A DNA stretch of 64,000 nucleotides. Source: a bacterium. GTDB taxonomy: Bacteria; Patescibacteriota; Minisyncoccia; Minisyncoccales; CG1-02-41-26. The translations under genes were made by a program, and so were the position numbers. The notes beneath the pieces were generated by a model, which was not told where the DNA came from, made no database searches, and was given only the letters and a program-made list of their open reading frames with translations. Positions 39,467-49,465 of the stretch are shown here, piece by piece. Each line of letters starts with the position of its first letter. Positions within the stretch are counted from its first letter, which is position 1. The stretch spans positions 6,707 to 70,706 of the forward strand of contig JAUWWY010000003.1 of NCBI GenBank assembly GCA_030616605.1. The letters run 5' to 3'.

Positions 39467-40210
39467 TTATTTTTTACTTTTCTTTACTACTTCAGCAACC
39501 TTTTCCAAAATATATTTAACTGAGCTTATTGCATCATCGTTGGCAGGTATTGGATAATCAACCAACAACGGGTCAGCGTTTGTATCAACAATTGCTATCA
39601 CTTTTATCTTTTTTGCTTTAGCTTCCTTTAGAGCCAAATTATCTTTAACTATATCGCAGATAAACACAGCACCTGGAAGTGTTTCCATATTTTTTATGCC
39701 TTTAAATTTTTTCTCTAACTTATTCAATTCTTTTTCTATTTCTATTCTCTCTTTTTTCGTATATCTTTCAAGCTTACCTTCCTTTTTCTTATTTTCTAAT
39801 TCTTTAAAATATTGAACCCTCTTATTAATAACTTTAAAATTAGTAAAAGTACCGCCCAACCACCTTTCACTAACATAAAACAGATTAGACTCTTTGGCTA
39901 TGTCTTCAATCAAACTTTTCAAAGGAACTTTTGTTCCAATTAAAAGCATTTTATCATCTTTCTTAAAAAGTTCAGAAATAAAAACCAAAGCTTCTTTCAA
40001 ACCAGAGGCTGTTTTTTTTAAATCAATTATGTGAACAGTATTTCTTATTCCAACAATATATTCTTCCATATTTGGATGAAGTTTTGAAATCTTGTGTCCC
40101 AAATGAATTCCAGCTTTTGTCATTTCGTCAATATCTATTCCAAAGTCCTTTATTGGCTCTTTTTTTTCTTCTTTTAAGGTTTTTTTAGTTTTAATAGTTT
40201 CTGGTGACAT
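39467..40210 (-). CDS. rpsB: 30S ribosomal protein S2, start revised to MSPETIK
   Basis: The S2 core is AGIHLGHKISKLHPNM. The ORF-track extension of 39 codons would run through the divergent rpmE promoter and start. Confidence 0.85.
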   Translation of the reverse strand: MSPETIKTKKTLKEEKKEPIKDFGIDIDEMTKAGIHLGHKISKLHPNMEEYIVGIRNTVHIIDLKKTASGLKEALVFISELFKKDDKMLLIGTKVPLKSLIEDIAKESNLFYVSERWLGGTFTNFKVINKRVQYFKELENKKKEGKLERYTKKERIEIEKELNKLEKKFKGIKNMETLPGAVFICDIVKDNLALKEAKAKKIKVIAIVDTNADPLLVDYPIPANDDAISSVKYILEKVAEVVKKSKK

Positions 40211-40226
40211 AAATATATTATTCCCA

Positions 40227-40255
40227 ATTCTACAATATTCCTCTTGATTTTTCAA
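40227..40255 (-). promoter_or_regulatory. rpsB promoter TTGAAA-17-TAGAAT with an extended TG
   Basis: The minus strand reads TTGAAAAATCAAGAGGAATATTGTAGAAT. Confidence 0.55.
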
Positions 40256-40272
40256 TGCCTTTAAGATATAAT
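40244..40272 (+). promoter_or_regulatory. rpmE promoter TTGATT-17-TATAAT, 7 nt before the ATG, so the mRNA is probably leaderless
   Basis: The plus strand reads TTGATTTTTCAATGCCTTTAAGATATAATCCGAATTATG. Confidence 0.55.
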
Positions 40273-40279
40273 CCGAATT

Positions 40280-40501
40280 ATGAAAAAAGACATCCACCCA
40301 AAATACTATAAAAAAGCAAAAGTTCACTGTGTCTGTGGAGCTACTTTTGAAATTGGTTCAACTCAAGAGCATATTGAAACAGAAATATGCGTCAAGTGTC
40401 ATCCGCTTTTTACTGGTAAAGAAAAAATAATTGATACCGCTGGAAGAGTTGAGAAGTTTAAAAAACGATTAGAAAAAAAGAGGAAAGATGCAAAGAAATG
40501 A
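40280..40501 (+). CDS. rpmE: 50S ribosomal protein L31
   Basis: [10 protein letters not shown] with the zinc motif CxC...CxxCHP. Confidence 0.9.
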   Translation: MKKDIHPKYYKKAKVHCVCGATFEIGSTQEHIETEICVKCHPLFTGKEKIIDTAGRVEKFKKRLEKKRKDAKK

Positions 40502-41228
40502 GAAAAATTCAATAATTATGGAAATTAGAGCTGGAGCAGGTGGCGAAGAAGCTACCTTGTTTGCTAAAGATCTTTTTCGGATGTATTCGAAATATGCTGT
40601 TTCAAAGGGTTGGCAAGTTCAAGTTTTAGATGATTATCAAACGGAAGTCGGAGGATTAAAACAAGTCATTTTTAAAATAGAAGGAGAAGGAACTTTTTCT
40701 AAAATGAAATATGAAGGGGGAGTTCATCGGGTTCAAAGAATTCCCAAAACAGAAAAAGCAAATAGAATACATACTTCAACTATTTCTGTCGCTGTTTTGC
40801 CAATTCCTACCACCACTGAAATTAAATTAAATCCAGCCGATTTAAAGATGGATTTTTATAAATCCTCAGGACCCGGCGGCCAGTATGTCAATAAACGTCA
40901 GACTGCTGTCCGAATCAGCCATTTGCCAACTGGCTTAGTGGTCTCTTGTCAAACCTCAAGAAATCTTGAGCAAAACAAAAAATCAGCTCTGGAAATTTTA
41001 GCTGCTAAACTTTATGAAAAAGAAAAGAGTGAAACAGAAGAAAAATTAGACCAAGAACGAAAACTTCAAATAGGAAAAGCTCAAAGAGCTGAAAAAATAA
41101 GAACTTACAATTTTCCCCAAGACAGAATCACTGACCATCGAATAAAAAAGAGTTGGCACAACATTGAGAAAATCTTAGATGGAAACTTAGATGTTATTTT
41201 AAAAAAACTCCAAATATTAAAATACTAA
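40488..41228 (+). CDS. prfA: Class I peptide chain release factor, RF1-type (PKT, GGQ), lacking N-terminal domain 1
   Basis: 246 aa. It aligns to E. coli RF1 from about residue 103 ([11 protein letters not shown]). [14 protein letters not shown] carries the PxT motif and SGPGGQYVN carries GGQ. It overlaps rpmE by 14 nt. Confidence 0.75.
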   Translation: MQRNEKNSIIMEIRAGAGGEEATLFAKDLFRMYSKYAVSKGWQVQVLDDYQTEVGGLKQVIFKIEGEGTFSKMKYEGGVHRVQRIPKTEKANRIHTSTISVAVLPIPTTTEIKLNPADLKMDFYKSSGPGGQYVNKRQTAVRISHLPTGLVVSCQTSRNLEQNKKSALEILAAKLYEKEKSETEEKLDQERKLQIGKAQRAEKIRTYNFPQDRITDHRIKKSWHNIEKILDGNLDVILKKLQILKY

Positions 41229-42683
41229 TTTTTGGCAAGTCGCAGACATAAAACCATTACCAATGTAATCCTGAATACATTTTGCCACTGTCATTATTGG
41301 TTTACCGTAGTTTTCCCTCCAGTACCAAGAAGTACAACTAGAACCAAAATATCTTAAAGCAGCGCATATTTCTTTTTCGTAAGTTTGATAACCCGCACCC
41401 AGGTCTCTTAAATATAAGCCACTAGCTAAAAAAGCATCTCTGACATTCCAAGGATTGGCAGGAGTATCTCCTGTCTTTTTTTCTATCGCTTTTTTATAAA
41501 GCATCCAGGTTGAGGGAATAAATTGAGCCGGCCCCATAGCTCCTCCCCAACCAAAATAGCCGCTACTGGTAATCATACAACAGGAAACAGGAGTATGAGA
41601 ATAATCGGTCTCAAGCTTTCCTGTGTTGTTTAATTCTTTTATAATATTCAAAAAAGGAGGTACATCGCGACTTGGCTTCATTGTCCGTGGCGCTTTATTG
41701 CCTGTCTTAATGTAAATGCCGTCGCCGGTTTTAGTGTCTATCAAATAACACCCTCCCTTAAGCTTGCCTATTCTTGTTTCCTGCCATAAAACAGCGAGAG
41801 AAAAAGCAGCTCTTATGCCTGTTTGTTTTGAAATATCTTTAGCAATTCTTACTGCATCTTCAAATTTTATACCACCTTCAGGCACTTCAATTAATTCAAA
41901 AAGTAAATTACCAATCTTAGTTGCTGTTTCTTCGGCTTCTTTTTTCTCTTGAAGATAATTTTGGTATTCCCCTTCGGTTAACTTTAAAAAATACTCTTCT
42001 TCTTTTTTGCTTTCTGCACTTTCTTGCTTTTGAAATATTTGAACGGTCACTAAATTCTCTAATTCTTTTTTCTCTTCATCCATAGATTCTTTTTGACCTT
42101 CCAGGGAAATTTTTAGTTCCTTAATGTCTCCGAGTAAATTCTGGGTCTCTAAATTCAATGACTCCAGAGCCATCAAATTATCAAAAAAATCACTAAAGTC
42201 TTCTTCGGATAAAAATATTTCTAAAAGAGATTTCTGGTCTTCTTCGTATCTTAATTGTAAAAGTGAAGAGAGTCTTTCTTTAACCTGGTCAATTTTTGAA
42301 CCGGTTTTCCCAATTGATTCTTCAGTATCAGTAATTTGGATACTAAGGTCTTTTACTATTATATTGCCTTGGTATATTTGGTAATCTAAACTTTTTATTT
42401 TATTACTTAGAATATAAATTTTATTCTCAAGAGTGTCTTTTTCCTGTTTAGTTTTGGTAATATCACTTTCTATTTCCTCACTTTTTTCTTGATAATATGC
42501 TTGACATTTTCTTAACAAAGATTCGTAATCCTCTTCTGAAAAATTTTCTGGTCTTTCTTTAATTTTTTCCCACTGACAAATTTCTTCTAAATTTTCTTGA
42601 GCAAAAATTCTAAAATCGGGAAATAAAAAAACCATAATTATTATGGTTAATAAAATTGTTTTTGTGAAACAAGAAAAATTCAT
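41217..42683 (-). CDS. Secreted coiled-coil protein with a C-terminal lytic transglycosylase (SLT/MltB-like) domain
   Basis: Signal or TM segment, then a long coiled coil. The C-terminal motifs are LWQETR and GAMGPAQFIPSTW. Confidence 0.7.
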   Translation of the reverse strand: MNFSCFTKTILLTIIIMVFLFPDFRIFAQENLEEICQWEKIKERPENFSEEDYESLLRKCQAYYQEKSEEIESDITKTKQEKDTLENKIYILSNKIKSLDYQIYQGNIIVKDLSIQITDTEESIGKTGSKIDQVKERLSSLLQLRYEEDQKSLLEIFLSEEDFSDFFDNLMALESLNLETQNLLGDIKELKISLEGQKESMDEEKKELENLVTVQIFQKQESAESKKEEEYFLKLTEGEYQNYLQEKKEAEETATKIGNLLFELIEVPEGGIKFEDAVRIAKDISKQTGIRAAFSLAVLWQETRIGKLKGGCYLIDTKTGDGIYIKTGNKAPRTMKPSRDVPPFLNIIKELNNTGKLETDYSHTPVSCCMITSSGYFGWGGAMGPAQFIPSTWMLYKKAIEKKTGDTPANPWNVRDAFLASGLYLRDLGAGYQTYEKEICAALRYFGSSCTSWYWRENYGKPIMTVAKCIQDYIGNGFMSATCQKLVF

Positions 42684-42694
42684 AAAATTGAAAA

Positions 42695-43363
42695 TTATTT
42701 AGATTTTACTTCCCCTGCTTCCTTTTCTTCTTCTGCTTCTTCTTCAGCTGGTTTCTCTTCTTCTACTACCTTTTCTTCCTCAGCTGGTTTTTCTTCCTCC
42801 TCTTCTTTTCTCGGTGGCATAACATGAGCCACAATGTCTTCTTTATTTCTTAAAATAGTTATTTTTTCCGGTATCTTTAAATCAGCAACTGTAATTTTAT
42901 CATCAAAAGTTTTAAGTTTCTCAACATTAATTTTAATATCCTTTGGTAAATCTTGAGCTAATCCTTTAACTTCAATGGTTTGAATTTCCCGAATCAAAGT
43001 TCCTTCTAAGTTTTTTTCAGCCGGGGCTTCTCCTTCAAAAACCAAAGGAATTTCCGCTTCAACCTCTTTTTTGGCTGAGGGATGATAAAAATCAATATGC
43101 AAAAATTTCCCTGTCAAAGGATGCCGGGCTGTATCATGAATTAAAACTTGTAATTTTTTAGAACCTTTTCCCATAATTTCAAGTGAAATCAAGGAACTCT
43201 CTCCCGCCTCTTTATAAACTTTTTCAAATTCTTTCTCATTAACCTCCAAAGGAAAGTTTTTGATTTCAGCTCCATACAAAATAGCCGGTAAAAACCCTTC
43301 CTTTCTTAAAGATTTGTTTTTACTGCCAAATTTTTCTCGGATTTTAGCTTTAAGAGAAACCAT
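42695..43363 (-). CDS. rplY: 50S ribosomal protein L25/Ctc with an acidic tail
   Basis: The L25 N-domain contains REGFLPAILYG-type sequence. The C-terminal tail is E/K-rich. Confidence 0.85.
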   Translation of the reverse strand: MVSLKAKIREKFGSKNKSLRKEGFLPAILYGAEIKNFPLEVNEKEFEKVYKEAGESSLISLEIMGKGSKKLQVLIHDTARHPLTGKFLHIDFYHPSAKKEVEAEIPLVFEGEAPAEKNLEGTLIREIQTIEVKGLAQDLPKDIKINVEKLKTFDDKITVADLKIPEKITILRNKEDIVAHVMPPRKEEEEEKPAEEEKVVEEEKPAEEEAEEEKEAGEVKSK

Positions 43364-43380
43364 ATTATTTTGTTACTTTG

Positions 43381-43599
43381 TTATTTTGTTATTTTTATAA
43401 CTTGGACTGGACAGACTTCAACTGCTTCTTGAGCGCAACCCAGGTCTTCTACCTCAAGCTCTTCAATTTCAGTTTTAGCATCAAATTTTGACCCTTTCAA
43501 GTGAGCTTTTCCATCTTCTGCCATTTCAAAGAATTTTGGACATATAACCACACAAGAGCCGCAACCAATACATTTTGCTTTATCATGGATAATTTTCAC
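43381..43599 (-). CDS. Small 4Fe-4S ferredoxin
   Basis: 72 aa with CIGCGSCVVICP and a distal C...CP. Confidence 0.75.
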   Translation of the reverse strand: MKIIHDKAKCIGCGSCVVICPKFFEMAEDGKAHLKGSKFDAKTEIEELEVEDLGCAQEAVEVCPVQVIKITK

Positions 43600-44582
43600 A
43601 GTGGCTTCTTTTCTACTTTAACTTTTGGCCAACTTCCCCACTCTCCTTTTTTCAATAAACCATTTTTAGCTCCAATTTTCTGGATACAGGCCGTAGCGTT
43701 AGCTGTCGCAAGCTGAATGGCATACTCTATATTATTTTTTTCCAAAAATCCGCTCAAAAACCCACTTCCAAAAGCATCGCCAGCTCCAGTCTTTTCAAAG
43801 GGAAGAACTGAAGGAACTCCTGCCTTAAAAACATGTTTGCCATCACAAACCATTGACCCTTTCTCCCCCTTGGTTATGACAACAATACCTTCAGTTAAAA
43901 GCATTAACTTCTTAATTATTTCTTTTTCTTTTTTAATTGGAATTTTAGTTAATAAAAATGCTTCCTCAAGATTAAGAATTAAAATATCAACTTTTTTCAA
44001 AATTGGTTCTAAAATTACTTTTTTTAAATTTATTTGGCTATTACCAAGATTTGCAACAACTTTTATTTTATTATCTTTGGCAAAATTAACTAAGGGTTCA
44101 AAAACATTGGCACTCTTACCGCTTAAGGGAGCAAGATAAAACCATTTAGGGACTGGTGAGACTGTGGGAATTTCTTGGGCATCCAAGAAATGACAAGCTC
44201 CCCGGTAAATTAAGATAGTTCTCTCTCCAATAGGCGAGGAAAGAATAACAGAATAAGCTGTTGAGTGTTTTTTATCTTTTTTAATAAACTTGGTTTCAAC
44301 ATTAAATTCTTTTAGTTCTTCAATCACTGCCTCTCCTCTTTTATCATCACCAATCTTACCCCAATAAGCCACTTTAAAACCTTGATTACTGAAAGTGCAA
44401 GCACTGTTCGTTCCGCCGCCGCCGCTTGCTACTTTTAAATCTTCAATAAATATTTTCGCTCCCAAAGGAAAACATAAAGCCTTATTTGCTAAAAACTCTT
44501 CTTCTAAAATTCGATAATTCTCTTTTTTCAATCTCAAAAAAGTATCCCTTGTTGCTGAACCAAATGTTATAATGTCGTACAT
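43596..44582 (-). CDS. PfkB-family carbohydrate kinase
   Basis: GGGGTN and GAGDAFGSGF motifs. Confidence 0.8.
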   Translation of the reverse strand: MYDIITFGSATRDTFLRLKKENYRILEEEFLANKALCFPLGAKIFIEDLKVASGGGGTNSACTFSNQGFKVAYWGKIGDDKRGEAVIEELKEFNVETKFIKKDKKHSTAYSVILSSPIGERTILIYRGACHFLDAQEIPTVSPVPKWFYLAPLSGKSANVFEPLVNFAKDNKIKVVANLGNSQINLKKVILEPILKKVDILILNLEEAFLLTKIPIKKEKEIIKKLMLLTEGIVVITKGEKGSMVCDGKHVFKAGVPSVLPFEKTGAGDAFGSGFLSGFLEKNNIEYAIQLATANATACIQKIGAKNGLLKKGEWGSWPKVKVEKKPL

Positions 44583-44591
44583 ATTATCTTT

Positions 44592-46979
44592 TTATCTTTT
44601 TTGTTTAGCTAAATTTAATATTGTTTTAATAACTGTATCAGGATTTAAAGACATGCTTTCAATTCCCTCTTTCATTAAAAATTCAGCAAATTCCGGATAG
44701 TCACTCGGTGCCTGGCCGCAAATTCCGCAGTATTTTTTCTTTTCTCGACAAAGCCGAATTATTTTTTTTATCATTTCCTTTACCGCCGGATTTCTTTCAT
44801 CACCAATCTTTTGTAAAAAAGTATTATCACGGTCGATACCTAAAGCTAATTGAGTTAAATCATTACTCCCGATTGACATTCCATCAAAGATCTCCAAAAA
44901 CTCTTCAGCTAAAATCACGTTTGAGGGAATTTCACACATCACATAAACTTTTAATCCATCCTTTCCTTTTTCCAGTCCAGTTTTTTTCATTAATTCCAGA
45001 ACTTTCTTTCCTTCTTCAACTGTCCGGCAGAAAGGAACCATTACTTTCACGTTTTTTAAACCAAAAACATCTCTTACTCTTTTAATTGCTTGACATTCCA
45101 TTAAAAAGGCGGGTTTAAAATTTTTATCATAATACCTTGAAGCTCCCCGCCAACCTAACATTGGGTTTACTTCTTCTGGTTCAAAAATTTTCCCGCCGAT
45201 TAACTGAACATATTCATTTGTTTTAAAATCAGAAAGTCTGACAATTACTTCTTTAGGATAAAAAGCAGCAGCAATCTGACCGATTCCCTCAGCCAATTCT
45301 TTAATAAAATATTCTTTTTTATCTTTATGCTCAATTGTTATTTTTTCGATTTTATTTCTCAGGGCTTTATCTTTTATCTTATTGAAGTGATAAAGGGCTA
45401 AAGGATGGACTTTTATTTTTTCAGCAATTATAAATTCTTCTCTAGCCAGTCCCACTCCATCATTTGGTAAAAATGAAGTTTTGAAAGCAGTCTCTGGTAT
45501 TCCAATATTTATCATTATCTTTGTTTTGAGCTTGGGAATCTTTTTCAAATCAAATCTTTTTATCTCATAAGGAACTTTTTCTTTAAAAATTCTTCCATTT
45601 AAACCCTGTGTGCAATCAACAGTTACTAGCTGACCGGTTTTTAAAACTTTGGTTGCTTTTTGAGTGCCAACAATACAGGGAATTCCCAACTCTCTTGAAA
45701 CGATAGCGGCATGGCAGACTTTAGAACCTTCATCAGTGACAATAGCTGAAGCCAATCTCATAATTTGAACCCAATCCGGGTCAGTCATTTTTGTTACTAA
45801 AACCTCTCCTTTTTTAAATTGTAATATTTTAGAAATATCAGTAATTAGCCGAACTTTCCCAAAGCCAATTTTATCACCTACTGCAGTACCCCTCAAAATT
45901 GGCGGTTCTTTAGTTTTTATTTCATATTCTTCAAAAAACTTCTTCTTTTTTAAGGTGTGAACTGTTTCTGGTCTTGATTGAACAATAAAAAGTTCTTTGG
46001 TCTTTCCATCTTTTGCCCACTCAATATCTTGAGCTAATTTATAATGTTTTTCAATCAAACAAGCCCATTGGGCTAAAGTTAAAATTTCATCATCAGTTAA
46101 AGAAAACTTTAATTGTTTCCCTTTTGATACTTTTATTTCTTTCAATCCTCCTTTGCGATTGTAAATGTATTTTTTGCTCTTTCGTCCCAAATTCTTTACA
46201 ATTATCGGTTTGTAAAGATTGTCTTGACCGGGCGAAAGAAGGGGTTTAAAAACAAAAAATTCATCTGGGGTAATCATTCCTTTAACTATCATTTCCCCAA
46301 GGCCATAAATTGAATTTATTAAAACAACATTTTGAAAACCAGTCTCTGTATCTAAAGTAAAAATCACTCCCGAAGAAGCCAAATCGCTTCTTATCATCTT
46401 TTGGACGCCAACTGAAAGAGCAATTTTCAAGTGTGAAAATCCCTTTTCTTCTTTATAGGCAATGGCTCTATTATTAAATAAAGAAGCAAAAGCTTTTTTT
46501 ATAGCTTTTAATAAATTTTCCTCTTCTGAGATATTTAGAAAAGTTTCAAATTGTCCAGCAAAAGAGGCCTCAGGAAGATCCTCACAAGTTCCTGAAGACC
46601 TGACTGCAACATCTACATTTTCCGCTCCATATTTTCTTGAGAGCTTCTGGTAAGCACTTAAAATTTCTTTTTTTAAATCTTCTGGAAAATCTGCTTTTAA
46701 AATAAGTTGGCGAGCTTCTCTTCCGGTTTCTTGTAAACTTTTTAAACTTTGGGGATTAAATTTTCTAAAAGTTTCTTTTAGATTTTGGTTAATTTTATTC
46801 TTTTTCAGAAAATACCAATAAGCCTTTGAGGTTAAAGTAAAACCATCGGGGATATTAATCCCCTTTTTGCTAAGCTTTCTATACATTTCTCCCAAAGAGG
46901 CATTCTTTCCCCCTACTAGAGAAATGTCTTTTGAAGAGATTTCTCTAAACCAAAGAATATTTTTCTGAGATTTAATCAT
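44592..46979 (-). CDS. ppsA: Phosphoenolpyruvate synthase
   Basis: 795 aa with GGKNASLGEM, a swivel-His region (CHAAIVSRELGIP) and a PEP-utilising C-domain. Confidence 0.85.
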   Translation of the reverse strand: MIKSQKNILWFREISSKDISLVGGKNASLGEMYRKLSKKGINIPDGFTLTSKAYWYFLKKNKINQNLKETFRKFNPQSLKSLQETGREARQLILKADFPEDLKKEILSAYQKLSRKYGAENVDVAVRSSGTCEDLPEASFAGQFETFLNISEEENLLKAIKKAFASLFNNRAIAYKEEKGFSHLKIALSVGVQKMIRSDLASSGVIFTLDTETGFQNVVLINSIYGLGEMIVKGMITPDEFFVFKPLLSPGQDNLYKPIIVKNLGRKSKKYIYNRKGGLKEIKVSKGKQLKFSLTDDEILTLAQWACLIEKHYKLAQDIEWAKDGKTKELFIVQSRPETVHTLKKKKFFEEYEIKTKEPPILRGTAVGDKIGFGKVRLITDISKILQFKKGEVLVTKMTDPDWVQIMRLASAIVTDEGSKVCHAAIVSRELGIPCIVGTQKATKVLKTGQLVTVDCTQGLNGRIFKEKVPYEIKRFDLKKIPKLKTKIMINIGIPETAFKTSFLPNDGVGLAREEFIIAEKIKVHPLALYHFNKIKDKALRNKIEKITIEHKDKKEYFIKELAEGIGQIAAAFYPKEVIVRLSDFKTNEYVQLIGGKIFEPEEVNPMLGWRGASRYYDKNFKPAFLMECQAIKRVRDVFGLKNVKVMVPFCRTVEEGKKVLELMKKTGLEKGKDGLKVYVMCEIPSNVILAEEFLEIFDGMSIGSNDLTQLALGIDRDNTFLQKIGDERNPAVKEMIKKIIRLCREKKKYCGICGQAPSDYPEFAEFLMKEGIESMSLNPDTVIKTILNLAKQKR

Positions 46980-46995
46980 ATAGTAAGCACAAGCA

Positions 46996-47541
46996 TTATT
47001 CTTCTTTCAGAAAGATGGTAATGTCTCGAGGATCATTTGTCCCCGCCCCTTCGTCCCAACAAGTACAGCAAGCAGGTCTTTCATTAGTCGGACACCGATT
47101 AGTTTCGCAAACTCCATATAAAACCGCATAAGTTCCTGAACAACCACAGCAAGGATCATCCACTTTCATATAGCGGTAACTGCATTTCTCCCAATTACCA
47201 GAACCAGTAGGATTTCTTTCAATTACAGGTGCAGTAATAAATCCTTCGTCTATCAGGGGTTGAATAAAGAGGTCATCTTCTCCATTTAAAATACTACCCC
47301 CATCCCAATTACCCCAACAGCCAATATCTCCCGTATCAGTGTTTTCTGGATATTTATCATAAACTGTATAGTATTGTTGTAAAGCATGGCCAATTTGATA
47401 AAGCTCCTGGACTCGTCTGGCATCTCTGGATTGAGCCGCACCCTTTATTAAAACAAATATCAACGTACCCGCTAAAATTCCAAGAATAACAATAACTATC
47501 AAAAGCTCAAGAACTGTAAACCCTTTTTGTTTTTGTTTCAT
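46996..47541 (-). CDS. Type IV pilin-like protein with a Cys-rich head (10 Cys)
   Basis: Prepilin motif KGFTVLELLIVIVILGILAG. Confidence 0.8.
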   Translation of the reverse strand: MKQKQKGFTVLELLIVIVILGILAGTLIFVLIKGAAQSRDARRVQELYQIGHALQQYYTVYDKYPENTDTGDIGCWGNWDGGSILNGEDDLFIQPLIDEGFITAPVIERNPTGSGNWEKCSYRYMKVDDPCCGCSGTYAVLYGVCETNRCPTNERPACCTCWDEGAGTNDPRDITIFLKEE

Positions 47542-47544
47542 ATT

Positions 47545-49464
47545 TTATAGTCCAATAACCTTTTTTACCTCCTCAACACTTTGAGGATTAGATAAAGTGG
47601 AAAGATCACCAAGATCTTCCCCGGTAAACAACCTTTTTAAAATTCGACGCATAATTTTACCCGACCTTGTTTTGGGTAAATCCTCAACCAGATAAACTTC
47701 TTTTGGCAAAGCAATAGGACCAATCTCTTTTCTAATCTCTTCAATTACTTCTTTTTTTATTTGTTCAACTGGTTTTTTTGTTTTTTTTGAGACAATGAAA
47801 GCTACTGGCACCTCACCTTTTATCTCATCTTTCTTTCCAATAACCGCACACTCAGTAATGTCTTCGTGTAAAGAAATCGCACTTTCTAATTCACCTGTGG
47901 TTATTCTGTGTCCAGCTACTTTAATTACATCATCCACCCTTCCCACAATTCTAATCAAACCATTCTTGTCGTGCAAAGCAGCATCCGAAGTAAAATAAAT
48001 TTTTTCCCCATACTGGGTCCAATAGGTCTCCAAGTATTTTTGGGGATTTTTGTAGATTCCCCGAAACAAACCTGGAGCAAACGGTGGCAAAAGTACCAAA
48101 TTTCCTTCCTTTCCAGCTCTCACTGATTTTCCTCTGTCATCTAAAATATCAACTTTTACCCCTGGAAAAGCCAGGCCGGTAAAAGAAGGCTTAAAAGGAC
48201 CAATCCCGGGCAAAGAGGTAATTAAAATGCCGCCTGTTTCTGTCTGCCACCAAGTATCAACTATTGGACACCTTTTCTTTCCAATTTTTTCAAAGTACCA
48301 CTGCCAAGCGGCCTCATCAAATGGTTCGCCTACTGAACCCAAAAGTCGTAAAGTTTCAAACTTGTAACTTTCCGAAATTTTACCATTGTATTTTTCAAAC
48401 ATTCTAATTGCGGTTGGGGCAGTGTAAAAAACAGTCACACCATATTTCTCAATAATTTCAGCCCATCTGTGAGGCGTGGGCCAATCAGGCGCTCCCTCAA
48501 AAATCAAGAAAGTAACTCCATTTAATAAAGGAGAATAGCAATTGTAGGTATGACCAGTTATCCAGCCAATGTCAGCCATTGACCAAAAAATATCATCCTC
48601 TTTCCAGTCAAATATCCATTTTCCAGTAAACTTTGCCTGAACAGCATAGCCGCCGCAAGTGTGCTCACAACCCTTTGGTTTACCAGTACTCCCACTGGTA
48701 TATAAAATAAATAACAAGTCCTCACTGTCCATTATTTCAGGTTGACAAAAATCTGGCTGATTCTCAATTACTTCATCCCACCAAATATCCCTTCTTTCTT
48801 CCCAGAAAATTTCATTCTTAGCTCGCTTTACGACAATAACTTTTTCAACCTTAGTTTCTTCTATTCCGGCATCAGCATTTTCTTTTAAATTGATAACTTT
48901 TCCTCTCCGATAATAACCATCAGCAGTGATTAAAATTTTAGCTTCCGTATCTTGTAATCTTATTTTTAAAGCAGCCGGAGAAAAGGCAGAAAAAACCAAA
49001 GTATGGACAGCTCCAATTCTGGCACAAGCCAACATGGCAATGATAACTTCTGGAATCATCGGCAGATAAATCCCAACTCTATTTCCTTTTTTAACCCCTA
49101 ATTTTTTTAGAGCATTGGCAAATTTATTGACTTCTTTTGAAAGTTCTTTGTAAGTTAAAATTTTTGCTTTTTCCTCAGTTAGTTCCGGCTCCCAAATCAA
49201 AGCTGGTTTTTCGCCTCTTTTTTTTAAATTTTCATCAAGAGCATTTTCTGTAATATTTATTTTTCCATTTTTAAACCATTCAAAATAGGGTGGTTTATGA
49301 GAAAAAACTTCAGTCCATTTTTTTGACCACTTCAGTTCTTTTGCCAACTCTTCCCAGAATTTAACTGGATTCTTTTCTGCTTTTTTGTAAATTGATTTAT
49401 CTTTCAGCCATGCTCTTTTTTTAAATTCTTTTCCGGGAAAATACAAATCCCCTTTTTTCATCAT
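47545..49464 (-). CDS. acs: Acetyl-CoA synthetase
   Basis: AMP-binding motif YTSGSTGKPKG and an Acs-like N-terminus. Confidence 0.9.
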   Translation of the reverse strand: MMKKGDLYFPGKEFKKRAWLKDKSIYKKAEKNPVKFWEELAKELKWSKKWTEVFSHKPPYFEWFKNGKINITENALDENLKKRGEKPALIWEPELTEEKAKILTYKELSKEVNKFANALKKLGVKKGNRVGIYLPMIPEVIIAMLACARIGAVHTLVFSAFSPAALKIRLQDTEAKILITADGYYRRGKVINLKENADAGIEETKVEKVIVVKRAKNEIFWEERRDIWWDEVIENQPDFCQPEIMDSEDLLFILYTSGSTGKPKGCEHTCGGYAVQAKFTGKWIFDWKEDDIFWSMADIGWITGHTYNCYSPLLNGVTFLIFEGAPDWPTPHRWAEIIEKYGVTVFYTAPTAIRMFEKYNGKISESYKFETLRLLGSVGEPFDEAAWQWYFEKIGKKRCPIVDTWWQTETGGILITSLPGIGPFKPSFTGLAFPGVKVDILDDRGKSVRAGKEGNLVLLPPFAPGLFRGIYKNPQKYLETYWTQYGEKIYFTSDAALHDKNGLIRIVGRVDDVIKVAGHRITTGELESAISLHEDITECAVIGKKDEIKGEVPVAFIVSKKTKKPVEQIKKEVIEEIRKEIGPIALPKEVYLVEDLPKTRSGKIMRRILKRLFTGEDLGDLSTLSNPQSVEEVKKVIGL

Positions 49465-49465
49465 A

